Assembly: GCA_041671645.1 (NCBI GenBank)
Contig: JBAZBD010000001.1
Coordinates: 337,217 to 401,216, forward strand
Direction of reading: 5' to 3'
DNA length: 64,000 nucleotides
Origin: Patescibacteria group bacterium
GTDB lineage: Bacteria > Patescibacteriota > UBA1384 > XYA2-FULL-43-10 > 1-14-0-10-43-13
Numbering within the stretch: position 1 is the first letter of the stretch; each line of letters opens with the position of its first letter. The notes beneath the pieces are model-generated. The model was not told where the DNA came from and did not search any database. It saw only the letters and a program-made list of their open reading frames with translations. The translations under genes and the position numbers were made by a program. Below are positions 8,504-18,004 of this stretch, piece after piece.

Positions 8504-9787
8504 ATGAATTCATACAAAACGATCACAAATACCCCAGCGTCTCCAGGCGTATATCGTTTCCTCGATCAAAAGGGGAAGGTTTTGTATTTGGGTAAAGCCA
8601 AAAATCTGAAGAATCGAATTAAGCAATATTTCATGAAAGAGCTTGGTCGCGGGCCAGCGATCGAGATAATGGTCCAGGAAGCTGTTGATATCAAGTGGAT
8701 TGAGACTGATTCTGAGATTGAGGCGGTAATCCTTGAAGCAGAATTGATCAAGAAGCTAAAGCCAAAGTACAACGTACGGCTGAAGGATGACAAGTCATTC
8801 TTGGCAATAAAGATTGCTAAGAGTGGCCATCCTTCGCCAAGGCTACGGTCGGCAGACGGAGAATTCCCATTGGTTGAGCTCGTTCGATTCAAAAATATTG
8901 ATCTCTCCGACAAGACAGCCGACTATTTTGGCCCATATCCGTCTGGATTGTTATTGAAGAAATCCCTGCAATATTTGCGTAAGATCTTTCCATTTCGTGA
9001 TTGTTCGAAGACCAAGTTTAACATTTACAAGCGCAAAGGCCGCCCCTGCATTTACGGTGATATCCGAGTATGCTCTGGCCCATGCAATGAGTGGGTGGAT
9101 GAGAAACAATACGGCAAGAATATCTCATATCTAAAAAGTTTTCTTCGAGGCAAGAAGCAGTTGATTATCGCAAGTCTTGAAAAGGAAATGAACCGATTGA
9201 GCCGCGCCAAAAAATTTGAAGAGGCAGCACTTGTCCGAAATAAATTGGCCGCTTTGAACCATTTGAAAGATGTGGCGATTGGGCTGCGAGATGACGTTTT
9301 CGAGAAGAGAATTATTTTCAAACGGATAGAATGTTATGACATCGCGAATATCGGATCAAAATATGCTGTCGGTTCGATGGTGGTGTTTTCTGACGGTAAA
9401 TCAGACAAAGAAGAGTATAAGAAATTTAAAATTCGTGTGTCGGACGATCAAGAGCAGAGCGATTTGGCTAGGCTAAAGCAGGTGCTTGAGCGAAGATTCG
9501 GGAACAATTGGCCAAAGCCCGATTTGATGGTGATAGACGGAGGGACATTGCAATTAAAGATTGCTCTGGAGGTATTGAAAGATACTGGTTTTGATATTCC
9601 TGTCGTCTCGATTTCCAAGGGACCGAAAAGGCAAAAAAATGATTTTCATTACGGCAATCCTTTCGTGGCTAGCTATCTAGCCGGCAATGATGAAGCCAAA
9701 AATATATTGATCTCGGCTCGCGATGAGGCCCATCGCTTCGCTATCGAGTACTACCGCAAACTCCACCGCAAAGATCTGATCAAATAA
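8504..9787 (+). CDS. uvrC: Excinuclease ABC subunit C (lacks C-terminal HhH domain)
   Basis: GIY-YIG (PGVY...YLGKAKNLKNR), UVR domain, RNase H-like IECYDI/IDGG/RDEAHRFA. Confidence 0.93.
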   Translation: MNSYKTITNTPASPGVYRFLDQKGKVLYLGKAKNLKNRIKQYFMKELGRGPAIEIMVQEAVDIKWIETDSEIEAVILEAELIKKLKPKYNVRLKDDKSFLAIKIAKSGHPSPRLRSADGEFPLVELVRFKNIDLSDKTADYFGPYPSGLLLKKSLQYLRKIFPFRDCSKTKFNIYKRKGRPCIYGDIRVCSGPCNEWVDEKQYGKNISYLKSFLRGKKQLIIASLEKEMNRLSRAKKFEEAALVRNKLAALNHLKDVAIGLRDDVFEKRIIFKRIECYDIANIGSKYAVGSMVVFSDGKSDKEEYKKFKIRVSDDQEQSDLARLKQVLERRFGNNWPKPDLMVIDGGTLQLKIALEVLKDTGFDIPVVSISKGPKRQKNDFHYGNPFVASYLAGNDEAKNILISARDEAHRFAIEYYRKLHRKDLIK

Positions 9788-9823
9788 TATTGCTAGCAAT
9801 CTCTATTGTGGTAATATTATTCC

Positions 9824-10840
9824 ATGCTGAAAAAGTTTGCCAAAAATTGGTGGAAGTGGCTTCGGTTTGACCCATCAGACCCGAGATTCAACGCAGGTGG
9901 GGCTATCAAAATTGCGGTCATCGGCGGCGGTACGGGCTTGTCGAATTTACTTCGCGGATTGAAAAAGTACTCTGACCAGATCACAGCGATTGTGGCGGTG
10001 ACTGATGATGGCGCCTCTTCTGGCGAGATCAGGGCGGAATACGATATGTTGCCGCCAGGGGACATCAGAAAATGTATTTCGGCGCTCGCCTACGACGAAG
10101 AATTGGTCGGCAAAGTTTTCGAATACCGTTTCAAGAAGAGACTTTTTGGCGGCCACACCTTGGGCAATATTTGGATTACAGCAATGACGGAGATCGCTGG
10201 CTCATTTGAGAAATCGATCGAGGCGACTTCTAGTATTTTCCAGACCGCCGGTAAGGTATTGCCAGCGACGCTCAATAAGATTGATTTGGTGGCAGATTTC
10301 ACCGACGGTACTGCGATGAGAGGGGAATCAAAGTTCGTCAAAGCTGGCAAGATAATTAGGAAAGTATATTTGTCAGAGAAGGGCGTCAGGGCTTACGCCA
10401 AGGCGACCAAGGCGATCAAGGAGGCGGACCTGATAATTATCGGGCCGGGCAGTCTCTACACTAGTATCATGCCAAACCTTTTGATTTCTGGCCTCAGAAA
10501 TGCGCTCAAGGCGAGTAGTTCAGTAAAAATCTATATTGCAAACTGCTCAACTGAACGTGGAGAGACGGAAAATTATACAGTTGAAGATCATATTAGGGCG
10601 CTGGAGAGCCATGCTGGTGCCAATATATTTGATTACGCTCTTGTCAATTCTCGGGTGCTACGACGTTCGATCAAGAGCGACAAGCTTGGCGAAGTCTATA
10701 ATATCACGACCAAGCAGAAAGAGGTTGGCCGGATAAAAATCGTTCGTGCGGATCTCGTCGATCAGAAGAATCCGCTTTATCATGACCCAAACAAATTGGC
10801 CAAAAAGGTAATTGGATTGTATAATGAAATCAAGCATTAG
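9824..10840 (+). CDS. yvcK: Gluconeogenesis factor YvcK/GlmR (UPF0052, CofD-like)
   Basis: IGGGTGLS, DDGASSG, PPGDIR, GPGSLYTS. Confidence 0.93.
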   Translation: MLKKFAKNWWKWLRFDPSDPRFNAGGAIKIAVIGGGTGLSNLLRGLKKYSDQITAIVAVTDDGASSGEIRAEYDMLPPGDIRKCISALAYDEELVGKVFEYRFKKRLFGGHTLGNIWITAMTEIAGSFEKSIEATSSIFQTAGKVLPATLNKIDLVADFTDGTAMRGESKFVKAGKIIRKVYLSEKGVRAYAKATKAIKEADLIIIGPGSLYTSIMPNLLISGLRNALKASSSVKIYIANCSTERGETENYTVEDHIRALESHAGANIFDYALVNSRVLRRSIKSDKLGEVYNITTKQKEVGRIKIVRADLVDQKNPLYHDPNKLAKKVIGLYNEIKH

Positions 10841-10863
10841 GTCCTAAATCTATTGGAGGAATT

Positions 10864-11607
10864 ATGAAACGTTCTATCATCGTCGGTAATTGGAAGATGT
10901 ATGCGACAAGCATAGCTGACGCTCATGTTTTGGCGACATCGATCAGGAATGGCGTGGCCAAGGTCCCTGGGGTTGAAGTAATTCTCTGTCCGCCCTCGCT
11001 CTGGCTGACTGAAATGGCTCTGATATTGAAGAAAAATCCGACTACGATGCTCGGAGCCCAGAATATGTTTCATGAAATCGAAGGAGCGTTTACCGGAGAA
11101 ATCTCGCCTCTGATGTTGAAAGAAGTTGTAAATTATACGATTATTGGACACTCGGAGCGCCGAGAATATTTCGGCGAAACTGATTTTGATGTCAACGAAA
11201 AAGTTTTGGCCGCTCTTAAGGCCAAGATCACTCCGATAATCTGTGTGGGCGAGCGAAGGACGAAGAACAAGCCGGAAGAACCGGTCAAAGAACTCAAGGA
11301 AGCGTTGGATCATGTTCCCAAGAGCAGACTGAAAGATATTATCGTGGCTTACGAGCCAGTCTGGGCTATCGGCACAGGTGAAAATGCCGAGCCAGAATAT
11401 GTTGCACGGGTGATTAGCAAGCTGCGTGAAATTGTGAGCGATTCTACCCCAATTCTATATGGCGGTAGCGTCAAGTCTAGCAATATCAAAGGCTATGCCG
11501 AGCGTCCAGAAATTGATGGTGTACTGGTCGGCGGTGCTTCGGTCAGAAGTGGAGAATTCATCACAATCTGCAAAACATGGTCAGACGTAAAATCGATTAA
11601 AAAGTAG
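10864..11607 (+). CDS. tpiA: Triosephosphate isomerase
   Basis: GNWKM, IGHSERR, AYEPVWAIGTG, LYGGSV. Confidence 0.98.
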   Translation: MKRSIIVGNWKMYATSIADAHVLATSIRNGVAKVPGVEVILCPPSLWLTEMALILKKNPTTMLGAQNMFHEIEGAFTGEISPLMLKEVVNYTIIGHSERREYFGETDFDVNEKVLAALKAKITPIICVGERRTKNKPEEPVKELKEALDHVPKSRLKDIIVAYEPVWAIGTGENAEPEYVARVISKLREIVSDSTPILYGGSVKSSNIKGYAERPEIDGVLVGGASVRSGEFITICKTWSDVKSIKK

Positions 11608-11615
11608 GAGAAAGT

Positions 11616-12614
11616 ATGAAAATTGCAATCAATGGCTTCGGACGTATCGGCCGAGCAGTAGCCAAAATCATTACTGAGAGAGAAGGTTTTGATCTAGTCG
11701 CTATCAACGATTTGACTGACGACGCCACCTTGGCTCATCTGCTCAAATATGATTCAAATTATGGTGTTTGGGATCACGAAGTCGGTTACGAAGAGGGCTC
11801 CATTATTATCGACAAACGAAAGATCCACTCATTTGCCCAGAAGAATCCAGCTGAATTACCTTGGAGTGAGCTTGGGATTGATGTAGTTGTAGAGTCGACG
11901 GGATTTTTTCTGACGACCGAAGATGCCAATGCCCATATCAAAGCAGGGGCGAAGAAGGTGGTCATGTCCGCACCGCCAAAGGATGAGACTCCGATGTTTG
12001 TGATGAGCGTAAACGCTGATGATTACAAAGGTGAAGAGATAATTTCAAATGCTTCATGTACGACGAATTGTATTACTCCTGTGATGAAAGTTCTCGAGGA
12101 CGAATTTGGGATCGAAAAATCATTGATGACGACGATTCACTCATATACTGCAGACCAAAATTTGGTTGATGGCCCACACAAAGATCTGCGTCGCGCCCGA
12201 GCGGCTGCTTGCAATATTGTCCCGACCTCAACTGGCGCGGCCAAAGCTGCTTTCAAGACTATTCCAGAGCTCAAAGGCAAATTTGATGGTTTGGCAGTAC
12301 GTGTACCGACACCAGTAGTTTCACTCTCGGATATCGTGGCAGTGCTGAAGAAGGACGTCACTGCCGAAGAGGTGAATAGGGCGTTCAAGAAGGCAGAAGA
12401 GGAGAAAATGAAGGGAATTCTGGGCACGACTGATGAGCCACTCGTTTCTTCTGACTTTATCGCCACGAAATTTTCCTCGGTTGTTGATCTCTCTCTGACA
12501 CAGGTTGTCGGAGGAAATTTGGTCAAAATTATAGCTTGGTATGACAACGAGTGGGGTTATTCGGAGAGACTTGTGGACATGATTGAAGTAGCCAACAGCA
12601 AATCAAAAAATTAG
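11616..12614 (+). CDS. gap: Glyceraldehyde-3-phosphate dehydrogenase type I
   Basis: INGFGRIGR, SNASCTTNC, WYDNEWGYS. Confidence 0.98.
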   Translation: MKIAINGFGRIGRAVAKIITEREGFDLVAINDLTDDATLAHLLKYDSNYGVWDHEVGYEEGSIIIDKRKIHSFAQKNPAELPWSELGIDVVVESTGFFLTTEDANAHIKAGAKKVVMSAPPKDETPMFVMSVNADDYKGEEIISNASCTTNCITPVMKVLEDEFGIEKSLMTTIHSYTADQNLVDGPHKDLRRARAAACNIVPTSTGAAKAAFKTIPELKGKFDGLAVRVPTPVVSLSDIVAVLKKDVTAEEVNRAFKKAEEEKMKGILGTTDEPLVSSDFIATKFSSVVDLSLTQVVGGNLVKIIAWYDNEWGYSERLVDMIEVANSKSKN

Positions 12615-12661
12615 AAATTAGAGCAATTAGAAATTAGGAATTTAACTCCAAAGGAGTTCAG

Positions 12662-12889
12662 GTGTGTCTTGCAATCCCAGGGAAAATTAAAAAAATTGAT
12701 GGTGTCAAAGCCTATTTTGATTATGACAAGAAAGAGTACGAAGCAGATATTTCACTAGCCCCTGAGGTAGAAAAAGGGGATTGGATATTGATGCATGATG
12801 GCCGAGCGCTATCAAAGATTACTGAGAAAGAAGCGCTTGAGAATCTGGAATTTATCAAAACCCATGAGGGGATGGAGTGTTTGCTCTAG
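12662..12889 (+). CDS. hypC: Hydrogenase maturation chaperone HypC/HupF
   Basis: MCLAIPGKI start, GDWILMH; AAGGAG RBS before GTG. Confidence 0.9.
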   Translation: MCLAIPGKIKKIDGVKAYFDYDKKEYEADISLAPEVEKGDWILMHDGRALSKITEKEALENLEFIKTHEGMECLL

Positions 12890-13008
12890 GCCGCTATAAA
12901 GGTTTTATTTGATCTCGATTAAACACCTCATATATATGCCTGCCCGCCTTTGGAGGGAGGTGTTTGTGTTACAAATAAAAAACCGCTGAGATTTCAGCGG
13001 TTTCTGAT

Positions 13009-13746
13009 TTATCTGCTATTTTGTTGTTCTGGTCTCGGACGGAGTCTTTTGTAGAGGGGAAGAGGTTGGCAATCTGTCCCTTGCCTTTCCTGATTGAGCG
13101 GATCGCCATCCCACAATTTGATAAGGAAATGCCAGATAGTGCCAAGCGGACCAGCGATTGCCATGAGCGTGCTGAAATCGTCCTCAGAGTCGAACTGTTT
13201 CTCGTAGGTTTGACCTTGAACGATAACTGCCCACATCCATAAAAGGATTATGGCGATTATCCACCGAAACAGTGCGAAGACGCCAAACGGTGGATAGGCT
13301 CCGCAGGCCCAGCCGATGATCAGCCAATAAACACCGAAGACCACGATCCCAACGGCGATGGTAGCGATTCGATTGAGCAGCCCTCTCCACGGATAGAGAA
13401 GATTTTGCGCAATTGCGCACCAGCCGCTCAAATATCCGCCTGACCAGTTGAATCCGATCTGTCCTGCGATAGATTGCACCAATAGGTAACAGGGTAGGAT
13501 GACCGGGGCGGTCAAGGGAAGAAAAAATCGGTCAGTCAGGCCAGCGTTCAACTGGCGGTCATAGTCGTATATTCCGACCATGAGCGTTACGGTGACGAAC
13601 CAGATCGCTATCAGCGCGATAGTCTTGGAATACCATTGCTGGTATTCTGGGAGTAGACTGCCTTGGCAGTAAAACAAAGCCAGGGCATAGCTTGTCATTA
13701 ATATGACAAACAGGAACAAAGCAAGAAGTCTTCTAAGCCAAACCAT
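13009..13746 (-). CDS. Hypothetical multi-pass membrane protein
   Basis: Several hydrophobic segments; ATG 13746 preceded by AAGGAG. Confidence 0.65.
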   Translation of the reverse strand: MVWLRRLLALFLFVILMTSYALALFYCQGSLLPEYQQWYSKTIALIAIWFVTVTLMVGIYDYDRQLNAGLTDRFFLPLTAPVILPCYLLVQSIAGQIGFNWSGGYLSGWCAIAQNLLYPWRGLLNRIATIAVGIVVFGVYWLIIGWACGAYPPFGVFALFRWIIAIILLWMWAVIVQGQTYEKQFDSEDDFSTLMAIAGPLGTIWHFLIKLWDGDPLNQERQGTDCQPLPLYKRLRPRPEQQNSR

Positions 13747-13916
13747 ATTTCTGTCTCCTTTGGTCGAAGCGTTTCGTTGAGAGCATAGTAGCACAAATTA
13801 GGAGTTTTGGGAAGAATGTGGCGTAATATGGCGAATACTTTGTCTTTCATTGTGGCTGGGAGGATGACGGGGTATAATAGAAGCAGGGAATTAACTAATA
13901 AAACGGAAGGGACATT

Positions 13917-14288
13917 ATGGGTTTGAAAGAATTGCTCAAAGGAGCTGTCGAAGGTACTGGGGAAGTAGCAGAGTCGTTAATGACGGCGGTCACTGGAGTC
14001 CTCAAAGAGGGCACAGAGGACGTTGCCAATATATTTGGTGCTGTGATCGAATTGGGTAAAGATGGCGTAGTGGACGTTAGCGAAGCGGTCAGAGATGTCT
14101 ATGTCAGCGCAGTCAAATCATTGACTGATTCAGGCAAGACGACAGAGGAAGCGGTTGCAGAAGTTACGACCAAGGCAGAAGAAGCAGTCAAGAATATCGG
14201 CACAGAGGGCATGGCTACAATCGGCGAAGCCGCCAAGAAGGGTATCGAAGAGGCCAAAGGCATCGTCAAAGAGCCATTTGCAAAATAA
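13917..14288 (+). CDS. Amphipathic-helix repeat protein (apolipoprotein/LEA/phasin-like)
   Basis: A/E/K/V/G/T-rich with periodic hydrophobic residues; own TATAAT, RBS and terminator. Confidence 0.75.
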   Translation: MGLKELLKGAVEGTGEVAESLMTAVTGVLKEGTEDVANIFGAVIELGKDGVVDVSEAVRDVYVSAVKSLTDSGKTTEEAVAEVTTKAEEAVKNIGTEGMATIGEAAKKGIEEAKGIVKEPFAK

Positions 14289-14311
14289 ATTTAGTTTATT
14301 TTAGGTTCCAC

Positions 14312-14343
14312 AAAAATAGAAGCATGAAAGTGCTTCTATTTTT
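14312..14343. terminator. Bidirectional terminator
   Basis: aaaaatagaagca-tgaaag-tgcttctattttt between convergent genes. Confidence 0.75.
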
Positions 14344-14352
14344 ATTTGGAGT

Positions 14353-15147
14353 TTAGACGTCTTTTTTGTTGAAGATTATTACCGATCCCGTAAGCCCGAT
14401 CAAAAATATTCCAGCCAAAACTATCAAATTGCTTAGATTCAATTCACCGGTTTGCAAGATTTTTTGAGGATCATAGAGATGGAATATAGAAAGGTAATCT
14501 AGGTCCTTGATACTGTCAACCATTCTGGTCAAGGATAGGAAAACATATGAAGCGAGACCAAACATAACGACTGCTAGCATCACGCTCATTTTCGAACGGA
14601 GAAAAGAGGAGAGAAAAATCCCAATACCGTAGAATGCCCAGACAAAAAGGGTGACAAAAGCGGAGAAGGCGAGCAGACCTGTGATTTTGAATTCAGCATT
14701 GAATATTTTGCCAAAAACAAACATTGAAAGTGCTGTAGCTAAGACAATACCCATAGAGTATAGTAGGGCAATCACTGATTGTGAGATAACGAACTTCGTG
14801 CGAGGAATAGGCTGAGATAGATTGAAATCCATAGTCTTCTTTTCAATTTGCCCAGCAATAGCTGACCCTGCAGCGCTACCGACATAGAAAAGCACAATCA
14901 ATATAAAGAAGAAAGATAGAAATTCCATGGAGAGGTAGCCCTCGATCGAGGTGTAGGCCGAAGTAAGATCGTTACCAAAAAATTTTGTGAATTGCTCAGG
15001 CATCTGCGACATCATTGCCTTGATGTCCATCTTTTGGAGGGAGGGGAAGAGGCTAATCATCAGAAGACAATAGGCAGAAATTCCAATTATGTATATTAGA
15101 ACACTGTTTTTTTGCTCAGTAAATTGTCGTTTAATAATATTCCACAT
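14353..15147 (-). CDS. ABC-2 type exporter permease
   Basis: About 6 TM segments, AIAGQIEKKTMDFNLSQPIPR motif; start MWNIIKR at 15147. Confidence 0.88.
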   Translation of the reverse strand: MWNIIKRQFTEQKNSVLIYIIGISAYCLLMISLFPSLQKMDIKAMMSQMPEQFTKFFGNDLTSAYTSIEGYLSMEFLSFFFILIVLFYVGSAAGSAIAGQIEKKTMDFNLSQPIPRTKFVISQSVIALLYSMGIVLATALSMFVFGKIFNAEFKITGLLAFSAFVTLFVWAFYGIGIFLSSFLRSKMSVMLAVVMFGLASYVFLSLTRMVDSIKDLDYLSIFHLYDPQKILQTGELNLSNLIVLAGIFLIGLTGSVIIFNKKDV

Positions 15148-15148
15148 A

Positions 15149-16036
15149 TCAATGTTTCTCGTAATAATGCAAAAATATTTCTTCGAGCGATGGCTCAGAA
15201 ATTTTAAAGTCAGAAATCTTGAATTTGGAGAGTGATCGGATAATCTCGGCGTTCTTGCCACTGGTGGTCAAGCGATAGCCTGAAGTTGTGCGTTCAATCT
15301 TCTTGACCCCTGGAATCTTCAAATTCGATAGGGGGAGTGATTCGGAGGTCTCGAGGGAAATTGTCCGAATATTCTTTTCTCTAAAGGCGTCAATGTTTTC
15401 TATAGCCAATAGTTTGCCGTTTTTTATAATGCCGACACGGTCACAAATTTTCTCGGCTTCCTGCAAGATATGGGTTGAGAAGAAAGTGGTCGTCCCCCAT
15501 CTCTTGGTATCTTCGATGGTGTTATAAAATTCGGTTTGATTGATCGGGTCAAGCCCGCTGGTCGGCTCGTCCAAAATCAGCAGTTTTGGTTTGTGCATCA
15601 GAGCCAAGACGATTGCTAGTTTCTGTTTGTTCCCCTTGGAGTAATCCCCGACCTTCTTCCTAAGGTCCAGCCCAAACCTGTCGATTAGTCTTTTGATATA
15701 TTTCTCATCGAGATTTGATTTGAAGCCCTTATAGTAATTCAAGCAATCATGTCCGTGCATCGCTTCTGGCAGAAAGATTTCTCCTGGCAAGAATCCAATC
15801 TGCTGGCGGATGGCGACAGTATCTTTGTGGCAATCAAGACCGAGAATAGAAGCCTTGCCAGAAGTCGGCCTGATCAGATCCAAGAGCAAACGGATTGTGG
15901 TCGACTTCCCTGCTCCATTTGGTCCGATGAAGCCAAAAATTTCGCCCTCGTTGACGCTGATATCTAGGTCTTTCACCCCGATGACTTTGCCGCGGGTATA
16001 ATATTTGGTCAAATTTTTGGTCTCAATCGCTTGCAT
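15149..16036 (-). CDS. ABC-2 type exporter ATP-binding protein
   Basis: GPNGAGKST, YSKGNKQK, LILDEPTSGLDP. Confidence 0.95.
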   Translation of the reverse strand: MQAIETKNLTKYYTRGKVIGVKDLDISVNEGEIFGFIGPNGAGKSTTIRLLLDLIRPTSGKASILGLDCHKDTVAIRQQIGFLPGEIFLPEAMHGHDCLNYYKGFKSNLDEKYIKRLIDRFGLDLRKKVGDYSKGNKQKLAIVLALMHKPKLLILDEPTSGLDPINQTEFYNTIEDTKRWGTTTFFSTHILQEAEKICDRVGIIKNGKLLAIENIDAFREKNIRTISLETSESLPLSNLKIPGVKKIERTTSGYRLTTSGKNAEIIRSLSKFKISDFKISEPSLEEIFLHYYEKH

Positions 16037-16073
16037 AATATTATTATACTACAATTATATTTTTTGTTTCCAA

Positions 16074-17315
16074 TTAATGCGTGGCGCAGGTGATGCAGGG
16101 ATCGTACGAACGGATCAGCATCTCGATCATGGCCGTTCTCTCATCTGGCCGAAGTTTGGCCAGAATTGGTCCGATTTTCTTCATATCAGATTCTAGGGCG
16201 GGGAGGCTTTGGACGGTCGGTGTGACAATGTCACACTTTTTGATGAATCCCTCTTTGTCCAATTCGTAATAGTGAAAAAGCGTACCGCGAGGAGCTTCAC
16301 AGGCGGAGGTGCCTTTCCCGAACTTCTTGGGCTCGACTAATTTCTCTTCCTTGACCCCGTCACTGATTATTTTTTTCAATATTTCGATCGAGAGTTCGAC
16401 GAAATAATAATTTTCGATCGCTTGGGCGATAATATTATCGAACGGATTAGTGAAAGGAAGCTTAATCTTAAATTCTTTTAGCAATTTACCCACTTGCTCA
16501 CTCGGTAGACCATTTAAATTCATACGTGCAATCGCTCCGACCATGATAGTTTTGCCTTTCAATGTGGCAAATTTTGCTCGAGTGTAGGGCTTCAGTTTTT
16601 CAACAAGATATTCAGAATACAACTCTGGAGCGAAAGCTTTTCTTTTTGAAGCGCGGATATTACCTTCATAAAAAGCGTATTCTCCCTTTGACTCAAGGGC
16701 GCTATAGATCATCTCGCGCTCAACCTTGGGATATTTGAAACTCTTAAATAGCGCTACAGTTTGCTCTGCAATTTCCAAAATATCAGCAGAAGAGTCCAGC
16801 AATTCTTTCAGCTTATTTTTCGTCGGGTATGACTTAAATCCGCCGGGGACGGAGGCGATAGGGTGAACGGCTCGTCCGCCGATCGTCTCGATGATTTTAT
16901 CAGCGTAACGCTTGAGCTCGATGGCGTTCTTGAACAGTTCAGGATGATTTTTTTGCAATTCAAAAGACGAACTAGATCCAACAAAATCAGGCAGTACGAG
17001 GAGATAGAGGTGGAGGGAGTGGCTTTGAATCATTTGGCCAGCCAGCATCAATTTTCTAAGCGTTTTGGTCTGCTCTGTGACCTCAATTCCACAGGCGGCC
17101 TCAATGGCTCGATTGGCAGTAGTATTGTGGATAGTCGGGCAAATGCCACAGATTCTCGAAGTTATAATCGGCGCCTCCCAATATTGGCGGCCAACCAAAA
17201 TTTTCTCAACAAAACGGTCGTTCTCAAGCCCGATCATCCTAGCTTTGTCGACCTGTCCGCTTTTCAGGTGGGTATAAAACGCGGCATGGCCCTCAATTTT
17301 TGGTACTGATTCCAT
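16074..17315 (-). CDS. Group 3b-like [NiFe] hydrogenase large (alpha) subunit
   Basis: IEGH, L1 RICGIC, GGRAVHP, EAPRG, L2 DPCITCATH-stop. Confidence 0.93.
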   Translation of the reverse strand: MESVPKIEGHAAFYTHLKSGQVDKARMIGLENDRFVEKILVGRQYWEAPIITSRICGICPTIHNTTANRAIEAACGIEVTEQTKTLRKLMLAGQMIQSHSLHLYLLVLPDFVGSSSSFELQKNHPELFKNAIELKRYADKIIETIGGRAVHPIASVPGGFKSYPTKNKLKELLDSSADILEIAEQTVALFKSFKYPKVEREMIYSALESKGEYAFYEGNIRASKRKAFAPELYSEYLVEKLKPYTRAKFATLKGKTIMVGAIARMNLNGLPSEQVGKLLKEFKIKLPFTNPFDNIIAQAIENYYFVELSIEILKKIISDGVKEEKLVEPKKFGKGTSACEAPRGTLFHYYELDKEGFIKKCDIVTPTVQSLPALESDMKKIGPILAKLRPDERTAMIEMLIRSYDPCITCATH

Positions 17316-18004
17316 TATTTTAATTCTCCGTAGATTGTCATCATATTTTCCATTTCTTTTTTGCCAATCATTGGCTCCAAGATTTGCTTCAGTTTTTCAA
17401 TATTTGGCTCGGGAATTGTGCCGCGGCAACCTAGACAGGCTTCGCCATTGTTTACACATACAGAATTGCAACCCATGCGGGTGATCGGGCCGAGGCAGGG
17501 CTTGCCCTGCTTGATCAGGCATTCATTGCCATTTTCACGACAAACGAAGCAGACAGCGAGGTCGGGGAGGACGAAGGTTTTGCCCCAATAAATGTCCATC
17601 AAGCATTTGAAAAGTTCTTTGGCTCGGATTGGACAGCCGGGGATTATATAGTCGACTTTGACCACGTCCAATACTGTTTGGACCTTGGCTTTGTCGATCG
17701 ATTTCCTGGGTTTGCTATTTCTTTCCGACTGAATTCCTCCGAGATGAGCGCATGCGCCAAGAGCGATTACAATATCGGAATGACGGCGAATATTTTTCAA
17801 AAATTTAATCTGTCTTTCCCCGTCTGGGCTTCCTTCTACAATGGCGACGTCAAATGGGCCTTCAAAATTGTCCTCTTGGCCAAGGCGGAAATTTTTCAAA
17901 TCGTAAAATTGGAGAATTTTGTTGAACTCTTCATAATGATTGAGCATCTCAAACTGGCATCCTTCGCAACTAGTCAAACTAAAAATCGCTAGCGTTTTTT
18001 TCAT
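17315..18004 (-). CDS. [NiFe] hydrogenase small (delta) subunit
   Basis: SCEGC, VEGS, GACA, PGCP and distal Cys cluster (CFVC...CL...CLGP...C...CLGCRG). Confidence 0.92.
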   Translation of the reverse strand: MKKTLAIFSLTSCEGCQFEMLNHYEEFNKILQFYDLKNFRLGQEDNFEGPFDVAIVEGSPDGERQIKFLKNIRRHSDIVIALGACAHLGGIQSERNSKPRKSIDKAKVQTVLDVVKVDYIIPGCPIRAKELFKCLMDIYWGKTFVLPDLAVCFVCRENGNECLIKQGKPCLGPITRMGCNSVCVNNGEACLGCRGTIPEPNIEKLKQILEPMIGKKEMENMMTIYGELK

